Source: Eukaryota sp. GEM-RC1
Taxonomy: Eukaryota
Direction of reading: 5' to 3'
Assembly: GCA_040285855.1 (NCBI GenBank)
Contig: JAUFOQ010000010.1
Span: 744,001 to 808,000 of the forward strand
DNA length: 64,000 nucleotides
Made by a program: the position numbers and the translations under genes. The notes beneath the pieces are model-generated. The model was not told where the DNA came from and made no database searches. It saw only the letters and a list, made by a program, of their open reading frames with translations. Of this stretch, positions 12,393 to 24,977 are shown one piece after another; position 1 is the stretch's first letter, and every line of letters begins with the position of its first letter.

Positions 12393-13775
12393 ATGTCTTT
12401 CTCTGAACCTTCGCTGAAGAATCGTCGGTTATTAGTAGATAGTGATCCACATATCACAGCTGTTGAATATCGCGGCTCCCGATTCTCCACCATCATCTCC
12501 ACACAGACTCACTTTGATTCACCATCCTCTTCGCCTTATTTCATGCAACCGCATTGCAAGTACATAAGACTTCAGCAATCTCTGTTGGCTTTAATAGATC
12601 TTCACATTCTGAGACGTTCATTCAAAGCTTCTCTTGAAGACAATCAGTATGATCATCTTCATCTCCTTGATTTGAAGCAAGGAATACATTTGTTCTTCAA
12701 GAAAGTCGGCTATGTAAGCCATCATTTCTTTGAATCTGCTCTTTTAGCAGTCAACGTGTTTTTCCAAACAAACACGTTTCCTGTTAGATCTCAAGACCTT
12801 CCTCAACTCTGTTCAGTTGCTTCCCACTTTGGAGCAGAAGTTCAGTTTGTCTTTTTGAAGGTATATGGAACCTTTGATGCTGAAGAAATTTCAAGTTATT
12901 CTCATTTAATTTCAGGATTAGAATTCAAATTAAGGACTCACAGTGACTTGGAGTTTCTTAACAAGTCGTCTTTCTTCTTCCCGCGTCTCCAACAGCTTCA
13001 TGTCAACGTACATTCTTCTATCTCTAGATCATTGATCGAGTTGTTAAAAGTTAATACAACAGTTACAAGTGTTATACTAAGTGGAAACTCTATTGGTGTT
13101 GAAGGTGCTAAAGTATTGGCAGATGCGTTAAAAAATAATTCTACAGTTTCAATTCTAAATTTATGGAACAACTCTATCGGAGATGAAGGTGCTAGAGCTT
13201 TGGCAGGGGCTTTAAAAGTTAACACAACAATTACAAGTATTGATCTAAGTTTCAACTCTATCGGCAGTGAAGGAGCAATGGCTTTTGCAGAAGTGTTTAA
13301 AGTCAACACCGCAATTACAAGTGTCGATTTGGACAACAACAATATGGGAGATGAAGGTGCTAGAGCTCTGGCAGAGGCGTTGAAAGATAATGCTTCAGTT
13401 ACACGTTTTAATATTTCATCCAACTCTATCGAAGACGATGGTGCTAGAGCTCTGGCAGAGGCGTTGAAAGTTAATAACACAGTCACAAGTATTAATATTG
13501 ATAACAACGATATCAGCGATGAAGGTTGTAGAGTTTTATTCGAGACATTAAAACTTAATACTTCAATTAGAACTATCAATCTTTCGTTCAATTCCATAGG
13601 AGATGAAGGTGCCAGAGCATTGGCAGGGGCGTTAAAAATTAATAGTACTGTTGTAAGAATTGAACTTCAAGACAACTTTATCGGAGATGAAGGTTCTAGA
13701 TCATTGGCAGAGGCGTTAGAATTCAATTTCTTAGTTAAAATAGAGGGGGTATGTCAACTTCATTTGTCTTCATGA
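12393..13775 (+). CDS. LRR family protein: N-terminal domain plus 8 LRRs
   Basis: Intact 460-aa ORF with the same family motifs. Confidence 0.92.
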   Translation: MSFSEPSLKNRRLLVDSDPHITAVEYRGSRFSTIISTQTHFDSPSSSPYFMQPHCKYIRLQQSLLALIDLHILRRSFKASLEDNQYDHLHLLDLKQGIHLFFKKVGYVSHHFFESALLAVNVFFQTNTFPVRSQDLPQLCSVASHFGAEVQFVFLKVYGTFDAEEISSYSHLISGLEFKLRTHSDLEFLNKSSFFFPRLQQLHVNVHSSISRSLIELLKVNTTVTSVILSGNSIGVEGAKVLADALKNNSTVSILNLWNNSIGDEGARALAGALKVNTTITSIDLSFNSIGSEGAMAFAEVFKVNTAITSVDLDNNNMGDEGARALAEALKDNASVTRFNISSNSIEDDGARALAEALKVNNTVTSINIDNNDISDEGCRVLFETLKLNTSIRTINLSFNSIGDEGARALAGALKINSTVVRIELQDNFIGDEGSRSLAEALEFNFLVKIEGVCQLHLSS

Positions 13776-14161
13776 ATCGTTTTTAGATATTGTTTAAATT
13801 TCGTTTTACATTATTTCCAAGTTTTAAATTTATAAACATTGATGTAGCCGAAAGAGATTTTGAGGTTATAGAACTAGTATTTTGAAGGAGTAGTTTTCTA
13901 GCGCTGATACATAAGATCATACACTGAAATAATGGCTTTTCAAAGGAATAATGGCAACTAACAGAAACTAACTAGAGTACATAACGTACGATTCTTACAT
14001 CTTTACCAAACAATATACCTAAAAGCCAGTTAAAATATTTCTACACGTAACCAGACAGCGCAAACGTTGATCTACCCAACGAAAATTTTCACCAAAAACT
14101 TGATCATATTCAGACATTAAAATACCATGAGAAGTAAAAAATTTGTACAGCTAGTCCAAAG

Positions 14162-14784
14162 CATGGAACGCAAATGTTCCGTACCGCGGCGATCCTAGGC
14201 GCACCATACCGTACGTGCGCACGTACGCTACAAGTACTGGTACTGTACTTTTGACCGACTAAAATAAACCATTTCCGCATTGAACACGATGATCCGATGT
14301 GAGATTTTAACAGTTACCAGCGTCATAAAATGTACCGTAACACATTGCTCAGGATATGAACATCGTGATTGTCACACATATTCACGTTTAGGGTGTGTCA
14401 TTTGCAGACCACAACTCTCCCAAAATGATGTTTTGCGTACGAAGCTCAGCGATCGCTGGAAATCAACAATAGTAGTAGCGTCTTCGACTCACCATGCATT
14501 TAACGATTGACTACTACGTAATAGAACAATGATAAATTGCCCAAAAACCCACAGATTGGATTTCTAAACGGTGAGAAAATGCAGCAGCAATTTGCACTAG
14601 TAGTGTGTTTGACTAGTGAATGAACCTGCACTCAAAAAATATTTATTCTTAATCAATTTAGATTATTCATTAATATACTCTATATAAAATGAAATGACAT
14701 CGGTACGGATGAAATAAATCGGTACGTACCGAGCCGTACCGTACATACGGTACGTACCAAAGATTTCTTTCAAGAAGCACATTG
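14162..14784. mobile_element. Non-autonomous hAT-type element (family A), copy 2
   Basis: Perfect 8-bp TSD gtccaaag (14154-14161 and 14785-14792); catggaacgcaaatg...cacattg ends. Confidence 0.9.
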
Positions 14785-15037
14785 GTCCAAAGTTGCCGTA
14801 GAGCAACAACATAAATGATTGAAAAACAAAAAAATATACACCCCATCATTCAAACGATCAATGACTCAATAGAAAAACTTATTAATTCACTGTTGTAAGT
14901 TTTATTGTGGAATAGATCTGAAATGGTTAAGTTGATGATAGTTAACTAATTAACTAAAAGCGGAAAGTTTAGTGACGTTAAACGTCAGCAAAGACATGAA
15001 AAATATTTAATTTTTTGAAGACCAGAAGAGCACAAAT

Positions 15038-15730
15038 CTAACACAAGACGCAGCTTGACAAGCCATCCATTAACGTCAAAAGTACCATTAATTTAGCTTG
15101 GCAGTTAGGAAACCAACAAAGAAGGAGTCTAAAATATTCTTCAAAAAAGTACACAAAACGACGCCATTTTAAAGATATTAAATGATTTACATCTATCGAT
15201 AATCTTGAACTACCATGATACAATTTGTCCAGAATACGATTCAAATACTTTGGGAAACTTCTATATAAAGAAAAAACAATGCGATTGCGCCAAAGAGTCT
15301 GATTAAACTTTTCCCCATGACTACGGTACAAATTTGAAAAGGCATCAAAGAAATTTTCAGCGGCACTTCCAATATTTCCAAGACTTCAGTTTGTTCATTG
15401 TGTCAGGATATGTACTAATCTTTGTTTTGCAGCTTTGGACAAATGATTTTCGGTGTCGCTTGAAACTGAATTCAAATATACGTTTGCACATGGATCAACA
15501 GTAGTAAAATCTATCACTGCTTGACAAGAATCAAGATAGGGAACAACGAGATCACCTCGTCGAGAATTGGTAATGTTATCATCACTATAATGCTTAAGAA
15601 GAGGTTCGATTTTCCCATTAAACCCACGAAATTTAAACATTTCATACCTAACATCACGAACAGCATTGTGTAAAATGGATCTAAACTGAAGAAATTTTTT
15701 ACAACTCACAATGTGCTTGAAGTCAGCTTT
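15038..15730 (-). mobile_element. CRE-like non-LTR retrotransposon 3' fragment (end of zinc-finger region plus restriction-like endonuclease)
   Basis: FRSILHNAVRD...EPLL...RRGDLVV...AVIDFT...FNQTLWRNRIVFSLYR. Confidence 0.8.
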
Positions 15731-15952
15731 TGTCTTGTAATAATAATTAAATCAATTTTTTCACATCACTAATGTATTGTTGCAAATAAACTCTTTCAAC
15801 AATCATTGAGCTTTTGTTAAGGAAACGTAATGTCAGAACAACACTGTCTTCAAACTTCAATGTCATTGCTAGTCAAACTTAAATCAATCTGTAAGATGTG
15901 AAATTTTCAAGTGAAAATAATAATGGAGGGCTTTTTTCCAACACTACTGTAT

Positions 15953-16700
15953 ATGTACAGGTCCGAACCTCCGCTGAAGCGGAGTCGTTCAACAACAGAT
16001 AGTCTATCAATCACTGGAACCTCTTTTGTCTCTCCCTCTTCTAGTACCTTCTCTTCCAATCTAGCTCTGATGCACTGTTTCCAACGCTATTATGTTGCCA
16101 TCATTCTCCCAAGGACGTACGATTCCTGCGGTCTCTGATCATTTTGATATATCTTCACATGTTGAGACACTGCTTAAAGTCTTCGTGCGAAGTGAATCAT
16201 TCCTTCTCTCGTCGCTCTATCCTCAGTTTGAAGCAAGAATTGCCTACTTTCTTTAAGAAAACTTTCTTTCATTGAATCTGCCGTACACTTAGTCAGGACA
16301 TTGTTCCAAACTAACACACTTCATGTAGAACCTGATGACCTTCCTTAACTCTGTTCCTTATCTTCATTCTTTGGAGCAAATGTACGATCTGTTTTCTATC
16401 ACGTTGTTGGATCATTTAATGTCGAGGAATTCTTCAATTATTCTCATTTAATTTCAGGATTGGAATTGGATGTGATAACATCACAATGACTTGGAGTTTC
16501 TTAACAAATCTGCTGTTTTCTTTCCACGTCTTCAACAGCTTCGTGTTGCTGTACATCCTTCAATCTCTATGGGATTTATTGAATTTCTCAAAGTTAATAC
16601 CACAATTACAAGTATTGATCTGAGAAACTATTGTATCGGTGATGAAGGTGCTAAAGCATTGGCAGAGGTGCTGAAAATCAATACAGAAGTTAAATAGATG
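15953..16700 (+). pseudogene. LRR-family pseudogene (N-terminal domain plus 1 LRR)
   Basis: MYRSEPPLKRSRS start; family motifs in several frames; multiple stops and indels. Confidence 0.8.
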
Positions 16701-18879
16701 GATTTTAGATCAAATTAATCAGTATTTAATTATTATTTATAGTTGTCTCTTCACGCTTTTAGATACTATTCTTAGATACTTAATTTCTGCGATTAGGATA
16801 CATAGCTATTGATCAAATGCAAAGAAACATGGTGCTGTTGTTTTTGAATTAAACTCTACATAATATATATCTACATGAGCAACTACTTGGCTAGAGGCTC
16901 GTCTTCTTACTGCCAAATCTTCCAACTTCCTTGGCTCGCCTCTCAGTTCAACTTCTGTAACATTTCTTTCACTTGCTGCAAGCAACAATGTCTATGCTCA
17001 TGGTCTCATTTATTGTTATAGTGCTTACATCGTCGAACTTTTCAAGAAACTACTGTCCAGAATCTGACAGCAGAATCTGGAATTTCCTCCTGGACTCCAC
17101 ACGTGTTCAGAACGCTTCCGAGGCACGAAACGTGCTAAACTCCCTCTCTATGAATCCTGCTCGAACATCAGACATTCACTCTTACTTTGAACAACTTCAG
17201 GCAGTTACCCTCCGTTGCCGAACCTTCATTCCTCACTCTTCTCCCAAAGCCCTCATATCTGCTTTTATAAAAGGAATCAAACCCTCAACTTTGCGTAACG
17301 CCCTCTTCGATGAGTTTAACCTTAACTTACTTAACTCCTTGGAGGACCTTGTATCACGTACTATCATTCTACATAAGAACCTTTTCTTCCCTCACGCCGT
17401 CCCTCAAGAATACCTCTTTCCGTTCTGCGCTCACCTCTTCCCTTTTGCAAGAATCTCGAAGAACCTCTCACCATCATACACCACATCATTCCCCTTCACA
17501 AGCCCCTTCTAAACACCATTCTTCTCAACCTCTATCTCGCCCATTTTGCAACTTTTGCAAAAGGAGGGTCACTCGATTGAAGCATGTCGTGATCCTGCTT
17601 GCCGTACCTCAAAAGTAAACAAACGAAGAGCTTATCAGAACCCAAGAAACCCTCGACCGACTTCCGACAACACCCGCAGCATAACCCGCAGCAAATCTAA
17701 TACTATGTTTACCAAAACATTCAAGGACTCGTTTGCCGAAGACAAATACCCTCAAAGCCGAGATTTTAAGTCCAAAGCTTACTCTTTAGAAACTACATTA
17801 TCTGCCCCTGATGAACACCCAGATGATGAATTACCAATTGAACATGACCTTGCGTTACCAAAATTCTTCCAAGACGCCTATCTCGATTCAGACACAAACT
17901 CAGAAACATACCTCTCTTACTCTTCACCTAATGACTACACTTGTAAGCATTCCATACCTCTCAAACCATTATCTATCCCTTCTGAACAACCTGTTGTAAC
18001 CAACTACAAGGTTAGCCCCTCAGCTGACGATGACCCTACGGTACCCCAGAGGAAGACTCCCGATACAGTAAACGATTCTTTGCTTCGTGGTGGAGTTAGT
18101 TCCACCGCTGGCTTGGTGTCGGTATTCGGTGATGTCGATTGCTCCGGGCGACCTGGGTGTGTAACGTTTAAAGGCGATTCTGATGCTGATGAATCTAATC
18201 CTTCCGTTGACGCAACAAAAGTTCTGTACAATGCTCCTCTCAACTCCATTGATTCTAAACCCCTTTTTGCAGATAGTCCCTCTCAATCTTTAATGAAATC
18301 CAACTTCCTAAAAATGACAGTTCTTGTCAATTCCATCCCTCTCACAGGTACTTGGGATAGTGCCTGTGAAAACAGTTGCATATCCTCAAACCTGGCCAAC
18401 AAAGCAAAACTACAAATTGGAAAGTCCAACTTGAGTTTCACATTAGCCAATGGCGAAACTGTGAAGTCAACAGGTTAATAGGTCAATAGGTTCATGCAAG
18501 GCCAAACTATCCTTTAAGTTCCAAAATGAAGTAACCAGGATCCTACACGTCACTACTACTCTTCATATTATTCCAGGAGAAGATCAGTTCCTTCTTGGAT
18601 GCGACCTTATGAGAGGTCTTGGACTTCTGAAAAACAACAAATTATTCATCAACCTCAATGACGCAGGTGATGCTCTTATAAATGCTGAAGCCTGCCTAGA
18701 TACATTGCTCATCCAACCCAACATCAACTCCTTGGGTACCAACAAGATATCAAATCACTGGATTCAACGACGCCCGGATTGAACTCTCCTCCAATGAAGC
18801 AACTCAAGTAAAGAAGCTCCTAACACAATTCAAAGATGTATTCGATAATCCTCACCCCGATGGAATCCTATGCCCTCCT

Positions 18880-21867
18880 ATGCCACTTCCCTTCTACGAT
18901 GAATCAAAAACAGTGAATCTGCCCCCACGAAATCTCAACCCCACTAAACTTAAAATCGCCAACAAGATCTTTGACGAACTGATCTCTGACGGATTTGCCT
19001 TTGAGTCTCCAAAATTCAATGAATTCTCTTCTCCCATATGCTTAGTAATTTACCCTGATCAAAGAAAACCTCGCCTAACCGGAGACTTCAGTGGTGTTGA
19101 TGGTGTTAATGCTCTTACCAAACCACTGCAAGCTGACTTACCACGAATCACTGATATCCATCAGTTCATGTCCAAAGCTCGGTTCATAGCTACTTTAGAT
19201 CTACCAAAAGCCTTCTGGCAGATCTTGTTAAAGCCAGAAGACCAACTAAAGACAACCTTAGCCATACCAGGAAGAAAAATCTGCTTTAAAAGAACCGCCT
19301 TCGGCCTGAAGAATGTACCGGCCTATTTTCAGAATACCATGAATGAGATATTTAGCATGTCGAATGTTTACATTTATATCGACGACATCATTGTAATTGA
19401 TAGCGACTTCAACAATTTTCTGAAGTCCTTATCAGAAATCTTTATGCGTGCTAGAACGCACAGAGTACGCTTTGGTATTAAGAAATGCTCGTTTGTCACT
19501 AATGCAAGTGAGATCAAAATACTCGGATGCATCTTCCAAGAGGGAAAAAAAATAGACCCCGAAAGGATCACTGCCATTCAAAAACTCCCAATCCCTACAA
19601 CGATAGGAGAACTTCGGTCATTTTGTGGCTCAGTAAATTACCTCCGAGAATGGCTACCTAACTTGTCTCACCTTCTGCAACCAATCACAGCTTTAACAAA
19701 GAAAAATACTGCAGGAAAACCCTCCATTGCGAAGAAATGGTCAAGCCTTCATACCAAAATTTTTATCAAGATTAAAGAACTTATCTCCAACTCCGTGGAA
19801 CTAGAGCTCCCTGACGACACCCATCAAATTATCGTATCAACAGATGCCTCAGAAAAAGCTGTTTCTGGAGTAATCTGGAAAAAACTGGATGATAGCGATC
19901 CCCATAGCCCACTTGAAGACCAATTACTTGCACCTATCGCTTTCTTTAGCAAAACGCTCTCAGATTCACAGGCCAACTGGCCTATTATCCAGAAAGAGCT
20001 CTTCGCCATTGTGTCTACCCTCAATCAACCCAACTTGACTTCCTATCTACTTTCCAAAAGGATCATTCTCTTCTGCGATCACAAAAACTTAGTTTTTCTC
20101 TTCGATCACCCAGAAAAAAACCGGATCGTAACACGTTGGATTCCCCTTTTAGCAAACTTCGACCTTGAACTTGTCCATGTTGAAGGAGCTAGAAACTCAT
20201 GCGCTGACTTACTCTCAAGATCGTTCCCCTCTGGTGCTGAAAAGAATTCCTTAGGAAACAGTAACGAGTCTCAATACAAACAGCCCGATAAATCAACGGT
20301 TGTCCCTCCCACGTCTCCTGACTCCCTAATCTCATCAAAAACATTTTCCCTACTTGCTACACCTACTCAACATCAAGAAACCCATCTTTTACGCAACGAT
20401 CTCCACGACTGCTTTGAAGAACAACACCACTCTGACTTCAACAACGAACTTCTAGAAAAAATTAGAACCGCTCAACAAATCGATTTAAGAGAAGACCCAA
20501 ACCCTGCTGACTGGAACCAAGATCTAAACCTATTTACCTACAATTCCAAAATCCTTATTCCCAAAAGACTTAGGAAAGAATGGCTACTAAACCTGCACGG
20601 CTACGCCCATGCCGGACATCCAACATTTAAAGAAGCTCTACAATCCCTCAAAAACTCCCACTTCTACTGGCCCAACGCTGAATCCGACCTACGAACTCAC
20701 ATCTCTGAATGTCACTCTTGCCAAAAAAACATCTCCTGCCCCAACAATCCATGTCCCTCACTCAGGCAAATTATTTAGCAATCGGCCATTTGAAAGTGTA
20801 CATATCGACACTATGGGCCCCATTCCATCTGACAACGAAGGTATGAAATACATCTTTGTATTTGTCGATGCCTTTTCACGGTTTACCATACTTAAAGCCT
20901 CTAAGACTAACACAGCTAATGAAGTTGCATATGCTTTAATCCACTCCGTGATTGCAAACTATGGAATTCCATTCCACATTCACTCCGATAATGGCTCAGA
21001 ATTCAGCAACTCAGTGTTAACAGAATTGTTCTCACTTCTTAACATTACTAATTCTTTTGCAATTCCCCACCATCACCAGAGTAATGGATTAGTAGAACGC
21101 CGTAATAGGGATGTAAATCAGAACTTAAAACGCCTTATATATGACATCAACGACTTCCAAAACTGGGCTTCTCATTTACCCATCATCCAGCTTATAATAA
21201 ACTCAAAACTTCACAGTACGACGAAATTTACCCCTTATCAACTCCTATTTGGCATTGACACCAACCCTAGAAGACCTTCCAATGATCTACTCAACATCTT
21301 GTTAAAAAAACCTGTAACAAAAATTCCTTTCATCAATGACCTCGTCTCAAGAACCTCCGCTTTAAAAAGAAATATGGGAAAAAGCAGACAAGAATCAGAA
21401 ATCCTTATTAACTGCACCCAGCACCCAAGAAAACCTCATTAAACACTTCCCCGAAGGTTCATTTGTTCTTCGATTCAATGACAACCCGGGTCGCCTTCAC
21501 GGAAAATGGCTGGGACCATACAAAGTGTTATCTAGCAAGGCAGACTCATCTACTCTCCTATTGCTCAACTTGATCACCAACGTAGAATGCCACACATCCA
21601 CTTATCTATGTAAACCCTTTCTGACGTCTTCTACCGATATCGAATACCTCAAAGCTGTCGCCGCTCTTGACAGGGGAGGAAACGATAATCAGAAAAGTCA
21701 TTTCCATTGACACTGACCTCAACGTTGTCAGTGTCGAATGGATTGATGGCTCTGTAACTAAAGAGCCTTTGGATGTAATCAAGAACGACCAGGCTTACCG
21801 CGAATTCCTTAAGAAAACCTCCCTTAGACCTCAACGCAAGCTTACGAGATTTAAAAGGCAACATTAA
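18880..21867 (+). pseudogene. pol: Gypsy pol (RT-RNase H-integrase-chromodomain), split by frameshifts
   Basis: ORFs 18880-20778, 20609-21442, 21525-21710 and 21667-21867 are colinear pieces of one polyprotein. Confidence 0.88.
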
Positions 21868-21934
21868 TTATTACCCTTTGTCACTCCACTTACCTATGAA
21901 GATCATGAGAGATCTTCATAACGAGAAGAACCTA

Positions 21935-22030
21935 TGTTGTGACACGTGTCAAAGTGTCATGACAAATCTCCTTTATAGTATTTCTTCTTCTTCTTACAAT
22001 AAACTACTTCTAAAAGCGATTTCCCCATCA
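21935..22030 (+). repeat. Putative 96-bp 3' LTR of the Gypsy element
   Basis: TG...CA ends; purine-rich gagaagaa just upstream; internal AATAAA; no 5' partner available to confirm. Confidence 0.6.
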
Positions 22031-24977
22031 TGGCAGATGTTTTTTAGTCCAGATTAATTGCCAATCATTGGGGTGTCCTTACAGCTTTGGCTGAGCATAT
22101 TTTGGTCAGCCAATTATCCCCAAAAACCTTAAATGACGGACACATGAAGAATTTTCAACAAGGTTATCCTTTAACCTATCCCAACGACCTATTCCTTAAA
22201 ACGTATTGTCAAATGACCGCAAAACTCTTTGTCTCGCGTTCTTCACCCTTGTAGTTTACCGACCACCACAGCTTTCAATCTCTTGATCGAAAAGGGATTC
22301 CATACAAATGCCGTTGTGAAATGGTCGTGCATCAAATTTTTTAAAAAAAATGACCTACACTGTAACATAGCGCTCTTTTTGAGATACAACAGCTCTTCAT
22401 AGAACATTAAGGACTTTAGAACACTATTATCTACAAATGTCGTCGATGAAAGTTCGGACGAAAAGTGAAAATTATTTAAGACTGTATTTATAGATAATTA
22501 TAAAAAATAAACTTTGCACATTATGTTGTTATGCCGGTGAAGTATAACGATAAACAATTGATCAATTAATTGCAATAATTGATTGGGGGCTATTTTCCAA
22601 CTCCAATTACTTGCCACTTCAGTTTTGAAGAGCCCTGTGTAATGGTAAGAAATCCTGAACTCCATCATTTTCATTACTAAGTTCGCCAAAAAAACAATAG
22701 ATTATTTGAGGTTGTAATAAACGAAGTTAGTCAGAAATTGCTTCAATTCCATTTAAAGAAAGACATCCATAAAGTACAGTTTATCACTATTTGGAATAAA
22801 AACAATGAGCTCATATGGACAACAAGAGATTCTGAGTAGAGAAAATTACTTTTACTACTGTATAGAAACGGGAAATGACGGAAGGAACGAAAAGAGAAAT
22901 AAAAAAGTAATAGATGTACAAGTGTTGAAGTACAATTTTTGATGTACACGTATAAGAAAGATTGAAACTTCCAAAAATGACTAACAAAAGACCTCAATTG
23001 TTAATGTTAAAATTTAATGTTAAAATGTTAGGGAATTTGCACCATTACTAATCATTTTAAAATTCTGATTATTTGAAAGAAGGACATTAATAAAAAGAGC
23101 AGGGTTATCCAAATGGACAGCAAGATCTGGATCATTTCAAGTAGTTTTGTAAAACTAAGTACTAGAAATGATGCTCTAACAGTCTGCTCCAGTCTGCGTT
23201 TCGTTGATTGAATCAGGAAGTAAACATCAGATATTCACCCAGCAATCTCGCTGAATTAATCAGATTAAACTAATTTAGATTTAATTAAATTAATTTTGAT
23301 GAGGATAACGTAGTCATAAAGAATACAGAGGTGAGATTGAGCAAGAATCGTTACAGAAAAGCATCATACAAGCAAAGGGAATCCAACACAAGGGGGGTGC
23401 GGGGTAGTGGGGGGGTAGGAGGGTGTACAATCACTGCTGGAATCCCTTGTAGTTATAGGAGAATTTCTCAGGAGCTTGATACGTTCTTTCATATTTCCAG
23501 TTGGAGTTGTAAAGATAATGTCACATTACCCTAGTTAATGCAAAGGAAGAGACGCAATAAGAGGAAGTCTTCCCATATGGCTTTTTTCAAGGAAACAATG
23601 AAGGCAGTTTAAGAAAAGTGTATCCCACAAACATTCATACGTACAAACAGCCATCACAGTAGAAAGCGGAGTTGTGGCTTGAAAGAGACGGTTGTCCTGG
23701 AGTAATGTCAAGGAAGGCTTGAGAGATACTTGGTGGAAAGGGATAATAAGAAAACCCGACAAGATATCCCCTTTGACATTTCACCTTTGTATCGTTTTCC
23801 TTTAGATAAATCAAATTTAATCGACTTTGTCTTTGGGCGAAGGAAAAACATTCAGATTTATATCAGATGACACTAAATGTCTATTACAGACTATAAGTAG
23901 CCTAATCAGTGAAACAATGAGAAACTTCATAATTTGGAGATAAACTAGAAACCCAAGCTAGAGTTATTTTATGTTTGATTGTTCGTGTTAAACATTTCGT
24001 ATGATGAATAATATAACAACATACACATGTACTTTTTTTTATGTTTTTGATGATGTCTGACACCAATCATATTTCCTTGATGTTACAATATTTCAAACTC
24101 ATGCCAACAAAATGACTTCAAACGGCTTTAATCACTGACGAACGGCCAGTAACGGAAATACCGTTTGTTGTTCAATAAGTAAACTAAACCACACTTGTTT
24201 TTAAAACTCTATTTTCTATTAAGCCATGTACAATGGCTTCTCAATTTATTAATGGGAGGTATTTATGTGTAAATCGCACAACAAAAATACGCAGTTGAGC
24301 CTATAGGCCTGTAAGCTCCATCTCTACTTCAAGTATATATCTAAAAGTGTTCCAGGTATTAAAAACGCTGACGAAAACATTGGTGATACACCGTTCCACA
24401 AATAAGTGGTAAACAATCATATGCACACTGATTGTAGAAAGGTGATACTAAAGTGATCAAGATCTGGGTTGGCGTGTTAGAGCTATGTGTAATAAGTGAA
24501 GTAGTGTTATAAGTTGTGAACTTAGTCATTCGCAAAAAAAGGACCTATCGTTATAATTGGAAAGCACCAGCAATAATCACTTATCAAATAAACACTGTTG
24601 AACAGAACAGCCATAGATATGCTTATGTTCAATAATTCAGTAGAGGTTCTTCATTCAGTTCGGTACCACAAAACTCTGAAGTACAGTACATCCTTCGTAT
24701 GTCATCGTTGAAACCAGAGCGGAAATTATGGTGCACGACCATGTCAACACCAGGGTACCAAATATCATATTTTGATACAATCATTCCATGTTAAACAAAC
24801 TAGTAACACAGTAATACTACGAGTAATATCGGAATTGGTACGGTGATTTCGGTGGTTTTGGATTTTGTACATATTTAATTTAAATAATTTAAATGGTTAA
24901 TTGATTGCATCAAGTTGGGTTTAATCAATACATGGAAAATTTATGGATACTTACAAGATGGAAATACTTTTAATATT

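Larger units (their letters stand above)
16990..22030 (+). mobile_element. Ty3/Gypsy LTR retrotransposon, chromovirus-like; 5' LTR missing; frameshifted
   Basis: Order: gag (capsid-like 17050-17400; knuckle CNFCKKEGHSIEAC across a frameshift), protease (TWDSAC), RT (LDLPKAFWQI, FGLKN, YIDD), RNase H (TDAS, QKELFAI), integrase (HHCC, HSDNGSEF, SNGLVER, KWLGPYKV), chromo-like tail (21667-21867). Confidence 0.93.
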
